The notes beneath the pieces are model-generated. The model saw only the letters and a list, made by a program, of their open reading frames with translations, ran no database searches and was not told the DNA's origin. Source: a virus (taxonomy: Duplodnaviria; Caudoviricetes). Taken from it: DNA of 56,844 nucleotides. Location of the stretch: IMG/VR virus record IMGVR_UViG_3300045825_000531, positions 1 through 56,844 of that record; one strand, given 5' to 3'. Shown here one piece after another: positions 39,074 to 48,651 of this stretch. Position numbers and translations under genes: made by a program. Position 1 is the stretch's first letter; each line of letters opens with the position of its first letter.

Positions 39074-39791
39074 TCTTCCATTGTTCTCAAAATTTATAAT
39101 CGAGGGCGGTGGTGAATCCGCAGGTTCCAATGAAGTATTATCAACTTCATTGGAACAAGCCCGTGATCTTTTAACACGTGATTTACTTGCATTAGGTCTA
39201 ACGTTAGATTCTATTCCAGAATTTGATAGTAATTATAATCAATTGAAAAAATATGTACAACATGGATTTGCATCAAGAAAAGTGATGCCAGTAGTTTCAG
39301 CAAAACAGGTAAAAATATTGAAGGATGATTTATTAAAAGGTTCAGTTGATATCTTGAAACCGTTTAACCTTAAATACAAAGATTACACTGCAGGAAATGC
39401 AGATCTTGAAAAAGCAGATGCACATACAAAAGCGGAATATCAAGTTGCAGGTAAATTTGATGGTGATGTGAAAGATGATATTGTTGAGGCATCATATGAG
39501 TTTGTAAAGGTATCAAAACTTTTACCAGTTCAGAAACAAATATATCTTAGTAAGTTTTTAAAGAATATCGCAAAATTTGGGATAATCGATGAGCATACAA
39601 AGATGTTACAAAAATCTTTAATAGTATCACGTAATTATGAACTAATAGATGGGCATCATAGATGGATGTCAGTTATGTTATGTAATCCTGATCTAAAAGT
39701 AAAAATTCTTCGAATTCATCTTGAAACCACTGAGGTTCTCAAGGTTGTTAAAAATTTCGGAATATCACTAGGAAACCAATCGAATGATTAA
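39066..39791 (+). CDS. ParB/Srx-like domain protein
   Basis: LLPVQKQIY, LIVS...LIDGHHRW; start ...FSKFIIE. Confidence 0.75.
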   Translation: MINLPLFSKFIIEGGGESAGSNEVLSTSLEQARDLLTRDLLALGLTLDSIPEFDSNYNQLKKYVQHGFASRKVMPVVSAKQVKILKDDLLKGSVDILKPFNLKYKDYTAGNADLEKADAHTKAEYQVAGKFDGDVKDDIVEASYEFVKVSKLLPVQKQIYLSKFLKNIAKFGIIDEHTKMLQKSLIVSRNYELIDGHHRWMSVMLCNPDLKVKILRIHLETTEVLKVVKNFGISLGNQSND

Positions 39792-40545
39792 TTTAAGCAA
39801 GTTCAGTACATTTGTTGCAAGTAATGATTATACACTATTTGTGGAATCTGTTGATGCTTACCTAATAAACTCTGAATTGATAGAATCACGTATCGATGAA
39901 GGCCTTATGGATTACTTCAAAGATAAACTTGATTTTATTAAAGAATTAGCATCAAAGTTCCTGATGAATGTTACAGATCTTCTTATTGCATTTAAGGATA
40001 AATTTATCTTTGATATATTTTCAAAGGTAGGATGGAGTCTAAAAAAACTTGCATTATTAGTTCGTGATGGTTATAAACTATATACTGAATTGCATAAGAT
40101 TATTTTCAAATACCTAAAAGAAAAAGGTATAACTAAATGGACAGATAACGTAATAAAAGAACTCGATGATTATCTTGCTTCACATCCTTTTATTAAACAT
40201 GCATCAGGTATAGTAATTGCAGGTTTTCTAATATATCAATGGACACACCTTATTGCATTTACAGGAGATATTGATTTTGATTTTGATCAAACTACATTAT
40301 TTCAAGCACTCGGTGGAAATTTCAGTTTAATGGACCTATTTGGTGGTGAATCAGGATTGAAATTATTAGCATATATTGCATCAAATGTTCTTGGTGGTAT
40401 TACGTTTCCTTGGACGACAGTGACCGAAGGAAGTGTATTATTTGCGTTTAGTATTATATACACCGTTGCAAAACATAAGTATCCAGTGGTAGCAAAAAAT
40501 ATGCACCCAATACTATCAAATATATCAAAATTAAAACATGCATGA
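39784..40545 (+). CDS. Putative virion protein with C-terminal hydrophobic helices
   Basis: Start MINLSKFSTF, IDE|G motif, 2-3 hydrophobic segments. Confidence 0.5.
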   Translation: MINLSKFSTFVASNDYTLFVESVDAYLINSELIESRIDEGLMDYFKDKLDFIKELASKFLMNVTDLLIAFKDKFIFDIFSKVGWSLKKLALLVRDGYKLYTELHKIIFKYLKEKGITKWTDNVIKELDDYLASHPFIKHASGIVIAGFLIYQWTHLIAFTGDIDFDFDQTTLFQALGGNFSLMDLFGGESGLKLLAYIASNVLGGITFPWTTVTEGSVLFAFSIIYTVAKHKYPVVAKNMHPILSNISKLKHA

Positions 40546-40646
40546 TACCTTTGGGTATCTTTAAAATGTTATTTTAGAATGATATTTTAATGAAGATTTA
40601 AGTTTTATATGATATAATTGTTGTATATTAATAAGAAGGATAGATT

Positions 40647-41069
40647 ATGTTTAACCCATCAGCTGTAAAATACGTATCAATTGAAGTTCCTGTTAGCGAT
40701 GATGAAGATATTCCCAATGATTTTCCTGGGCGTAAAGGAAATATGTTAAAGTTTGTAATTGAACATCCTACAGGTAAAATTGTAGATTTCGATACAGGAT
40801 ATAAGTTTTCCAATGATTGGTTATTGATGACTTCTAATTCCGGAATTTCACCATTTTTGCTTTTTATGAAAGTAACAGATGAAGGTACATATATACTTTT
40901 AGACAAAGATAAAAATCCTATTGCATCAATTGAGGAGGATTATGTTCCTGATAAAACATCTATTCCTGGAGAATATGGTGATTATTTGGATCTATCTATT
41001 GACCTAGAAAATGGCATAATCGAAAACTGGTACGGTGAACGTGCAACATTCGATGAATTTCAAAAATAA
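40647..41069 (+). CDS. Hypothetical early protein
   Basis: Promoter at 40598-40618, AAGGA RBS. Confidence 0.7.
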   Translation: MFNPSAVKYVSIEVPVSDDEDIPNDFPGRKGNMLKFVIEHPTGKIVDFDTGYKFSNDWLLMTSNSGISPFLLFMKVTDEGTYILLDKDKNPIASIEEDYVPDKTSIPGEYGDYLDLSIDLENGIIENWYGERATFDEFQK

Positions 41070-41080
41070 GAAGGATTTCT

Positions 41081-42076
41081 ATGACAACTACATCTCAATT
41101 TAAAGATCTATTACCTGATGGTTACACCTTACTATATGTAACAAAATCAGGTTCAAAATTATATGGCACTGATACACCAGCATCTGATACGGATTATAAG
41201 GGTGTGTATGTTGCATCGAAAGAATCGTTATTCACAAAAACTGATCTTGATGAAGTTACCTCAAATACAGCATCACATAAACAAAAAAACACAGCGGAAG
41301 ATGTTGATTGTACGTTGGACTCATTACACAAATTTTTCCGTTTACTTAAGAAAGGCGAAACTGGTGCATTAGATTTGCTATTTAGTATGTTTAGTGAAGA
41401 TACTGTTGTATATGCAAATAAAGAGTTTGTACAGTTCATGAAAGAGAACTACAAAGATTTCTTGAGTTCAAATACAAAAGCATTCATGGGTTACTGTTTT
41501 CAACAAGCAACTAGATATGGCCTAAAAGGTAAACGTTATGACTCATTGATGAAATTATTCAATGATACATTACCATTGAAGAAAGTATCTAATTCTGATA
41601 CTGTTAGCGATTGGTTAGGTGATCTCGATTTCACAACATTTGATGAATCTCATGTTAAGGTAACTAATCACGAAGGTTTTGATTACCTTTATGTTCTTGG
41701 AAAAGAATTCAATATGAAGATGCCTATGCGGGATGCAACACCTGTTCTAACAAAGATGTCAAATATGTATGGTGAAAGAACTAAAGCTTCATCTGAATCA
41801 ACAAACGGTGCAACAGACTGGAAAGCATTGAGTCATGCTGTACGTGTTGTTGATGAAGCTAATGAGTTATTGTCTGAAGAGTTTGTCACGTTTCCATTGC
41901 GAAATGCACAATACGTGAAAGAGGTAAAGATGGGATTACATCCAGTTGAGGATGTAATGACTAAACTTGAAGATGATATGAGTGTGGTTGAAAATCTATT
42001 ACTTTCAACAAAGCTTCCACTTCAAGTAAATGAAGAATTGGTTATGCGATTATTACTTGAGGTAGTATCGAAATAA
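41081..42076 (+). CDS. Nucleotidyltransferase (T4 NrdC.11/YcgL-like)
   Basis: GSKLYGTDTPASDTDYKGV, KALSHAVR, FPL. Confidence 0.85.
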   Translation: MTTTSQFKDLLPDGYTLLYVTKSGSKLYGTDTPASDTDYKGVYVASKESLFTKTDLDEVTSNTASHKQKNTAEDVDCTLDSLHKFFRLLKKGETGALDLLFSMFSEDTVVYANKEFVQFMKENYKDFLSSNTKAFMGYCFQQATRYGLKGKRYDSLMKLFNDTLPLKKVSNSDTVSDWLGDLDFTTFDESHVKVTNHEGFDYLYVLGKEFNMKMPMRDATPVLTKMSNMYGERTKASSESTNGATDWKALSHAVRVVDEANELLSEEFVTFPLRNAQYVKEVKMGLHPVEDVMTKLEDDMSVVENLLLSTKLPLQVNEELVMRLLLEVVSK

Positions 42077-43120
42077 TCAATACTCGCAGTTAATTACTAG
42101 ATTAACTGGTTCAAACCCAATCAATGACATTAAACTGTCTTTATATTCTGCTAGTTTTCTCAACAAAATATTCCAAACTTTCTGTACAAACGATTTAAAT
42201 GAGTCAATAACACCCTCGTTTATCATCGTAACAGCCTCACTACATGACTCTGTTATTAATCTGAAGGTATTCCATTTATTCTCGTGTGAACTTTTAAACG
42301 CAAAATCAATCTTGATGTTACTTGCATAAGCATTAACAATGTCATCGATTGGTTTAAATTTTTTGATTGTTTTTCCATCATTATCTAACACAAGCAAATA
42401 TTCAGCAACAGCGTCGCCCTTACCAAATTTAATCTCTCCTGTCATTGCTTCTTTTACGATTGATTGTTTAATATCATCATGAGTTTTCAAAAAATTAACA
42501 AGATCATCTTTGAATGACTTGTTGTTTATAACAGTATCATAAATTTCTTTCTGCACGGAATCCATCTCAGACGGTTTCATTTTTTTAATATCACCGACTT
42601 GTGAATCAGATTTAAAACGCTTCATGTTTTTCTTAATATCATCAAGAATATAACTATCAACAACATTTGAGTTTTCATCAAGTGCAGATTTAAATGTTGC
42701 ATATGTATCAGGAATTCCTGCAGACATTAGTTGTGATGCACCTTTTTTAACTGATATTCTAACACTTAGATCTGATGATATAATATCTGTCTTTGGTGTT
42801 GTATCAGCACGTGACCCACCTGACTCGTCAACATATGACTGCCATCTTGATGTTACTGGTGATTTTTTACGACCATTTTCTTCTAGTATTGTTGATGGGT
42901 TTAAAAAGGAATATCCTTCAAGTGATGGTATTAGTGTTTCTTTTACCAGTTCAACTTGTTCTAATACTGCTTTCTTATTTTCTTGTTTTCCTATCTTTGC
43001 AAGGTCCCAAGCTTCATCAATATTATCAACACTTCTTAGATTCTGAGAAACACAGATAACACCTTCAAAATATTCAGCCTCTAATTTTTCGTTCATAAAT
43101 GTTGAAAATTTAAATGTCAT
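42077..43120 (-). CDS. PD-(D/E)xK nuclease-like protein
   Basis: EAEYFE, TPKTDI, ISVKK..SQL; start MTFKFSTFMNE. Confidence 0.6.
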   Translation of the reverse strand: MTFKFSTFMNEKLEAEYFEGVICVSQNLRSVDNIDEAWDLAKIGKQENKKAVLEQVELVKETLIPSLEGYSFLNPSTILEENGRKKSPVTSRWQSYVDESGGSRADTTPKTDIISSDLSVRISVKKGASQLMSAGIPDTYATFKSALDENSNVVDSYILDDIKKNMKRFKSDSQVGDIKKMKPSEMDSVQKEIYDTVINNKSFKDDLVNFLKTHDDIKQSIVKEAMTGEIKFGKGDAVAEYLLVLDNDGKTIKKFKPIDDIVNAYASNIKIDFAFKSSHENKWNTFRLITESCSEAVTMINEGVIDSFKSFVQKVWNILLRKLAEYKDSLMSLIGFEPVNLVINCEY

Positions 43121-43273
43121 TGTTGTTTCATTCCTTTTAATATCTTTAATAATTCTTTATATGTCTTTATATCCGAATCAGATGGTATTCTTACATAATA
43201 ATACGAATCTGCTGGCGAATAGTTTCAAAATTGCCAGTAAAATCATTCTCCAATACAAACTGTTTAAAATGCA

Positions 43274-43477
43274 TTATTTCTCGCCTACGCCTTTTTCCCA
43301 ACCATCTGAAACATCATTAAAGAATTTTTTCATATCCTCTTTGCTCAATTCTGCTGGCGAACCAATCTTGTATTTTTTTAACATACCTTGGAAGTATTCT
43401 TGATACTCGTCCATAAGCGACTTTTCTTCTGCGATTACAACGTCTTTTGATACATACTTTGAGAATTTAAATTCCAT
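43274..43477 (-). CDS. Small putative prohead/internal protein
   Basis: MEFKFSKY...IAEE; YQEYF...KKY...SPAEL...KKFF. Confidence 0.55.
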   Translation of the reverse strand: MEFKFSKYVSKDVVIAEEKSLMDEYQEYFQGMLKKYKIGSPAELSKEDMKKFFNDVSDGWEKGVGEK

Positions 43478-43498
43478 GATGTTTCCTTTTATTTTTAT

Positions 43499-44035
43499 TT
43501 ATGCGTTTTGAGTGCGTGATGACCAACCAGCAAGAAAGATCTTCTGTGTTGGGTTATTCTGAACAATCTTGTTTAAGAAATCCATACGTGATTTTTTATA
43601 TTCACGAACAAATGATTCTGCGCCAAATGTGTTGATTAAACCAATTGTATGAGGTCCCATCTGACCGTCTACGGTAGTTTTGACAATTGTCTGTGCATAT
43701 TTAACGGCACGACTCACACCACTGTTTACGGCAAAATCATAGATATTATTTGCGACATTTTGATCAGTTATAAGATCGCCTTTCATAATATCCCAGAAAT
43801 TTTTCTTATAGAAAGACATTACACTGCTTACAAGTTTTATATCATGCATCAATAATGTCTTAAAATTTGTAGGATTAGATTTCTTTAATGTATCAACAAC
43901 AGACCATCCATCCCATGCAGGAAACATATTACGAGCGATTCCACGAAATGTTTCGCCGCCTTTATCATTCGGGTTAAAAGCATATCCGCCTTCAAATACG
44001 GATGTTTTATCAAATGCTATTTTAAACGTAGCCAT
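43499..44035 (-). CDS. GH108 lysozyme/endolysin
   Basis: EGGY..NP.DKGGET..GI, DFAVNSGV, VDGQMGP.T. Confidence 0.92.
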   Translation of the reverse strand: MATFKIAFDKTSVFEGGYAFNPNDKGGETFRGIARNMFPAWDGWSVVDTLKKSNPTNFKTLLMHDIKLVSSVMSFYKKNFWDIMKGDLITDQNVANNIYDFAVNSGVSRAVKYAQTIVKTTVDGQMGPHTIGLINTFGAESFVREYKKSRMDFLNKIVQNNPTQKIFLAGWSSRTQNA

Positions 44036-44085
44036 ATTTACTCCTTTCAGTTATTTAATTATTTATACAAAAATTTAAGCTATCT

Positions 44086-44107
44086 TTAATAATAAATATG
44101 TTATAAT
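44086..44107 (+). promoter_or_regulatory. Sigma70-type promoter for tmRNA
   Basis: TTAAT-N8-TGTTATAAT ending 13 nt before the mature 5' end. Confidence 0.7.
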
Positions 44108-44120
44108 CTATATGTTCAAT

Positions 44121-44404
44121 GGGAATGACAGGATTTCGACAGGATGATTGTGTAGCTAATGAATCAGGCACTCCGGTATGAGTTAAAATATACACTTAAA
44201 TATAACTGCAAATAGCACAAATTATAACCGTTCTTACGCACTAGCGGCGTAATCGGTGCCGTGAGCATGCAACGGTATTACCAAATGTATGTATGCCTCC
44301 CCTTTTATTTTTTCGAATAGAATTAAGATTTTTCGATCAAGCCTGTATAAATTTGTTAGTGAGAGTTGTCTTGGAACTGGGTTCGAATCCCAGCATTTCC
44401 ACCA
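44121..44404 (+). ncRNA. ssrA: tmRNA
   Basis: GGGAATG/CATTTCC-ACCA acceptor with G3-U, GGATTTCGAC, T-arm CTGGG-TTCGAAT-CCCAG; tag ORF 44208-44252 encodes ANSTNYNRSYALAA*. Confidence 0.96.
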
Positions 44405-44459
44405 AGAATTTATTTTAGAGTATTAATAAAATCTTCTAAAATGTATTTAAAGGAACATA

Positions 44460-45290
44460 ATGACCAATAATGATAAAGTGTTAGAGATTGTTAATAGATT
44501 TTCTAATCTGGGAAATAATGTATTAATCGACTATGATAAGATGGGCAATTTCTGCGACTTTCTATTAAATAATAAACGGGATATATTTGAGATTCCTAAT
44601 CTATCTGTTAACGAATTAAAAAGTGCAATACTTGAACCACTTATCAATGCATCATTACAATATTGTTTCTGGTATGGGGAGTCATCATATCGACCATTTG
44701 ATAATCATAGTGGAAAGATGGATGGGTTTATTGTAGGGAATGATAATATTAACTCATTCAATGATCTTAGAAAAGAGATTCGTAAATCTAGATTTGTTAT
44801 GATCGAAGAACGAATGAGAACTATTGATGAGTTAGACAATCCTGATAAACTTCAAGAATTTTTAAATGTGGTATATGATACTCGAGATGTTCATAAAGTT
44901 CTTGATTTTATTGTAGAAAATTATGACTGTTATTCTGATGATCTATTTCTTAAAAAAGCATACTTGTGTTTAGGAATGATACATCAAAGAACGGGAATCT
45001 TTACAAATCCTGAAGAAATATTTGTACCAGTTGATTATCAGATTCCTAAAATATTAAATCATTTTAAAGTAACAGCATACAAAAGTGATCTTGAGAATGA
45101 TATAAGAAATAATATTCTCATTCCTAAAAATTCAATGAAAGAGATTGAGATTCGTGCATGTGCAATGAAGGTTGTACAGAAAGCATCTGAAATAACCGGT
45201 ATAAATCAATTTGATATTGATCAAATACTTTTCCTGCAAAAAGGTAAGTTTACAAATAAACATCACCTAACATATACTACTGCCTATTAA
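44460..45290 (+). CDS. Queuosine salvage family protein (DUF2419/QNG1-like)
   Basis: QYCFW, FLKKA, VDYQIPKIL, EIEIRA, HHLTYTTAY. Confidence 0.8.
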   Translation: MTNNDKVLEIVNRFSNLGNNVLIDYDKMGNFCDFLLNNKRDIFEIPNLSVNELKSAILEPLINASLQYCFWYGESSYRPFDNHSGKMDGFIVGNDNINSFNDLRKEIRKSRFVMIEERMRTIDELDNPDKLQEFLNVVYDTRDVHKVLDFIVENYDCYSDDLFLKKAYLCLGMIHQRTGIFTNPEEIFVPVDYQIPKILNHFKVTAYKSDLENDIRNNILIPKNSMKEIEIRACAMKVVQKASEITGINQFDIDQILFLQKGKFTNKHHLTYTTAY

Positions 45291-45326
45291 TCTTTGATAA
45301 ATAAAATAAAAATCAAAGGCATGTGT

Positions 45327-45710
45327 ATGAACCCAGATACTAAAATGTCTATAATGCGTTGCATTATAGATCCCCTGTCTGTTTACTACAAGAAACCAAT
45401 CAGTATCATTGACACATCGACACCTAAGCATGCTAAAGTAATGTTCAAGGTTGATGGTATTGAAAATCTAGATGTATTCAGCGATATTTGTGAAGGCAAA
45501 ACTGGACTAAATGTTTACATTATAAGTCAACTTATTCTTGATAAAGAAAACCTCGAAGTTGGTTATTTCACGACAACTTACGCAGGTGTTCAAAATACAT
45601 CAGGAGGACGCTCAGATCGTTTCCAACGTATCTTTGTTGACTCGAAAGGAAAGTTACGTGAGTATCACCCAAGTTTAAATACAAGGGAGGATTTACGTAA
45701 TGCAATGTAA
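45327..45710 (+). CDS. Hypothetical protein
   Basis: ORF after a GATAAATA late-like promoter; start uncertain. Confidence 0.55.
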   Translation: MNPDTKMSIMRCIIDPLSVYYKKPISIIDTSTPKHAKVMFKVDGIENLDVFSDICEGKTGLNVYIISQLILDKENLEVGYFTTTYAGVQNTSGGRSDRFQRIFVDSKGKLREYHPSLNTREDLRNAM

Positions 45711-46362
45711 CCTCCCACGTGTAATGATATTTCTAAAAAGAATTAAGTTTATATTTCCTATAATTATATTAATTATAACTGTAAGTTTAAATGAACTTCT
45801 TCTTTATAGTGTCGAGATGAAAGCTCGTGCAGAAGCACGTTCTAATATAACTGCGGTAATAACATCATTACCGCAGTTAGAATCACATAATCTTTCAACG
45901 AAAGAATCCCTTGATATTATTGCACGAAATGTGAGAACATTTGGCGAAACTGGTGATATGCACTCATATAATGTAGTTCATCTTGTCGACTGGGATAAAT
46001 CGATAATTTTCTTTGATGCATCACAGGATTGTACAACAGAAAAAGCACTTAATTTAGGTGAAGTTGTACGTATGTTCTCAAGACCTGATACTGCGGAAAA
46101 AGCATTTAAATATATCTTGAATTCACGAAAAAGTTCTGAGAATACACGTCTTTCATGGCAATTTGATGATGTACCTGAGTGGCTTGAATGGCAGACGTAT
46201 GATGACCCAAATATGGGACCAATTGTAATAGTCGCAGGGGTTCAGAGTGACGAAGCGATGGATGGTTTCAGAAGTCTTTCAATCTTTATGCAGATATCCG
46301 GTTTCATTGCGCTTGTATTGATTATGTTACTTAATATACAAATAGCTCGAAAGGAGAGGTAA
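45700..46362 (+). CDS. Membrane protein with two TMs flanking a periplasmic domain
   Basis: N- and C-terminal hydrophobic helices. Confidence 0.6.
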   Translation: MQCNLPRVMIFLKRIKFIFPIIILIITVSLNELLLYSVEMKARAEARSNITAVITSLPQLESHNLSTKESLDIIARNVRTFGETGDMHSYNVVHLVDWDKSIIFFDASQDCTTEKALNLGEVVRMFSRPDTAEKAFKYILNSRKSSENTRLSWQFDDVPEWLEWQTYDDPNMGPIVIVAGVQSDEAMDGFRSLSIFMQISGFIALVLIMLLNIQIARKER

Positions 46363-46366
46363 TGAA

Positions 46367-46861
46367 ATGCTGGAAAATGTTAATGTACAAAGGGTGTATG
46401 ATTTAGCCTTGGGATGTGTCGGAGGAAGTGTTGCAACTGTTTACGTAGCACGAAAATATGGCGCAGCGGCTTTTAGTTTATCATTACTTGCTTCGAACAT
46501 TTCCTTAGGAGCGTTCGTAGGTTACCTAGTAGGAGGTGTAGTTCCCGCAGAATGGAACATGCACGACGTAATAGTTAGTTTTTCAGGTGTAACAGCATAT
46601 TCAATCATTGAGATAGGTGAGACAAAATTTGCGAAATACATCTATGAAAGATTGTTTAATTTTAGGGATATTCAAAATCCTGAAGCAGTATTAACATCAG
46701 ATCCTGTTCATACAGAACCTGCACCACAACCACCTATCATTATAAGAAATGAACCTGAGATAATTAGAAATGAACCTATTATTATTGTAGACAGACGAAG
46801 GATTGATTTACCTGTTGTTGGTGGAGACAGACGTACACAAGAACCTGAATATATTGATTAA
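46367..46861 (+). CDS. Putative holin-like membrane protein
   Basis: Three N-terminal hydrophobic segments, charged Pro-rich tail, near endolysin. Confidence 0.45.
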   Translation: MLENVNVQRVYDLALGCVGGSVATVYVARKYGAAAFSLSLLASNISLGAFVGYLVGGVVPAEWNMHDVIVSFSGVTAYSIIEIGETKFAKYIYERLFNFRDIQNPEAVLTSDPVHTEPAPQPPIIIRNEPEIIRNEPIIIVDRRRIDLPVVGGDRRTQEPEYID

Positions 46862-46939
46862 CTTTTATAATGTATTATCTTTTATAGAACCTTAAGGTTC
46901 TATATTGTATAATACATCATTAAACGTTAAAGGAAAGAC

Positions 46940-47215
46940 ATGAATAAGTTAGAAGGAAATATGATTACCACTACAAACTTACGGTTTGCACATTATGAAC
47001 GAGAACTCTCAGAAGGTGAGCAAAATTTTGGTCATATTATGTATAAGGATGGAATGTCCTTATTCTATACGCCTATATATGTGGATAATAGATCAAGCAT
47101 AAACAACGCAAGATCTTCATTACAGACATCAACGGTTATCAGTTCTTCAATCGAAGGAAATGTATTAACGGTGAATACGTTAAATTCGGTTTACACATTT
47201 AGTTTGAAACAGTAA
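46940..47215 (+). CDS. Hypothetical early protein
   Basis: Promoter at 46892-46913; TS.V......V.TLNSVY motif. Confidence 0.65.
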   Translation: MNKLEGNMITTTNLRFAHYERELSEGEQNFGHIMYKDGMSLFYTPIYVDNRSSINNARSSLQTSTVISSSIEGNVLTVNTLNSVYTFSLKQ

Positions 47216-47277
47216 GGTTTTTTTAATACAATTTATTGTATAATTCAATATAAATCAAAACAAAGAAGGAAAGTAAC

Positions 47278-47907
47278 ATGACAGGCATTAACCTAGTAAA
47301 AGGTCAAAGCATCAACTTATCAAAAGAGGTTCCCAATTCGGGATTAAACAAGCTACGTGCAAGTATCGGTTGGGACAATAATAAGTTCAACACAGGTGGG
47401 AAGTTTGACCTTGACATCAGTATCTTTGGACTCGAAGCATACCCACAAGATCCGGAACATCCATATAAATTGGTAAACGTAACAGATTTCTGTTTCTACA
47501 ACATGAAAGAATATAACAACGGCACATTTACGTGTTGTAACGGTTCATTGACATACAGCGGTGATAATCGTACTGGTGAAGGAGAAGGTGATGATGAGTT
47601 TATCAATATTGACCTTTCAAAAGTTCGTCCAGATATCATCAATCTTTCAATTGTTGTTTCTATATCTAACCCTAACAACGAAGGAACAACATTTGGTCAA
47701 GTAGCAAACTCATATGTAAAACTGACAAACATGGAAAGCAATGAAGTGGTTTGTAATTATGATCTAGGAGAAGATTTCAGTACAGAGACAGCGGTTCAAT
47801 TTGCATCGATTTATCGATACAACGGTGAGTGGAAATTCAAAGCTTTCGGTTTGGGTTATTCTGCAGGTATTGATGCATTTATCGAAGAATATAACTTCGT
47901 AGCATAA
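47278..47907 (+). CDS. terD: TerD-family stress protein
   Basis: L.KGQ.I.L.K, FDLD, GDNRTGEGEGDDE, FGQV, WKFKA.G.GY. Confidence 0.92.
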   Translation: MTGINLVKGQSINLSKEVPNSGLNKLRASIGWDNNKFNTGGKFDLDISIFGLEAYPQDPEHPYKLVNVTDFCFYNMKEYNNGTFTCCNGSLTYSGDNRTGEGEGDDEFINIDLSKVRPDIINLSIVVSISNPNNEGTTFGQVANSYVKLTNMESNEVVCNYDLGEDFSTETAVQFASIYRYNGEWKFKAFGLGYSAGIDAFIEEYNFVA

Positions 47908-47968
47908 ACAATCATTTAGGTGGTTGTTCATCAACCTGACTTAGTAATTTAAAAACAAGGATAGAATC

Positions 47969-48574
47969 ATGACAGGAATTAACTTAAAGAAAAATGAGTC
48001 AATCAATTTGACAAAAACAGCTTCAAAAGGCTTAACATCGGTATGTGTCGGTCTCGACTGGGGTATGATTACAAAAGGTGGTTTATTTGGTATGGGTGCT
48101 TCACAAGAAAGTGTTGACCTTGATGCATCAATCATCATCTATGATGAGAACAAATCAGTTATCGATACAATATATTACGGTAATAAAACTGGAAAAGGTA
48201 TTCGTCATTCTGGCGATGATCGTGGTGGTGATGCAGTTGCAGATGACTCAGATAATGAAGTAATCACATGTGACCTTACAAGCGTGGATCCACGTGCAAA
48301 AACGTTAATGGTTGTTCTTCATTCGTTCTCAGGTCAAAAATTTGATGCGATTCCTTATACTCGTATTCGTGTATATACTGGAACAGCAAATCGTCCATCA
48401 GAAGTTCTCGGTCGCCTTGATCTTGCAAAAGAATCGGCGTTTGCAGGTAAAATAGCAATGGTTATGGGTGCAATCGAAAAAATCAATGGTGAGTGGAATT
48501 TCCGAGCAATTGGAAAAGAAACAAACGATGGTTCACTCGGTGATACAAAAACAACTGCAAAACAGTTCATCTAA
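47969..48574 (+). CDS. terZ: TerZ/TerD-family protein
   Basis: VGLDWG, VDLDAS, HSGDD, DNEVI, W.FRAIG. Confidence 0.85.
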   Translation: MTGINLKKNESINLTKTASKGLTSVCVGLDWGMITKGGLFGMGASQESVDLDASIIIYDENKSVIDTIYYGNKTGKGIRHSGDDRGGDAVADDSDNEVITCDLTSVDPRAKTLMVVLHSFSGQKFDAIPYTRIRVYTGTANRPSEVLGRLDLAKESAFAGKIAMVMGAIEKINGEWNFRAIGKETNDGSLGDTKTTAKQFI

Positions 48575-48597
48575 TCGGGCAATGCCCGATTTAATTT
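48573..48597 (+). terminator. Probable intrinsic terminator
   Basis: AATCGGGC-aat-GCCCGATT then a T-rich tail. Confidence 0.55.
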
Positions 48598-48651
48598 AAT
48601 CTAAGAATTCAAATGAATTTTTATATCAACTTAAAAAACGAAGGATAACAA

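Noticed and set aside
44377-44404. Apparent tRNA T-arm and CCA end
   Set aside because: It is the 3' part of the tmRNA; there is no anticodon arm
46738-46780. Short tandem repeat encoding IIRNEP twice (and a YPWD duplication near 52500-52560)
   Set aside because: Two-copy in-frame micro-duplications with no sign of a repeat system
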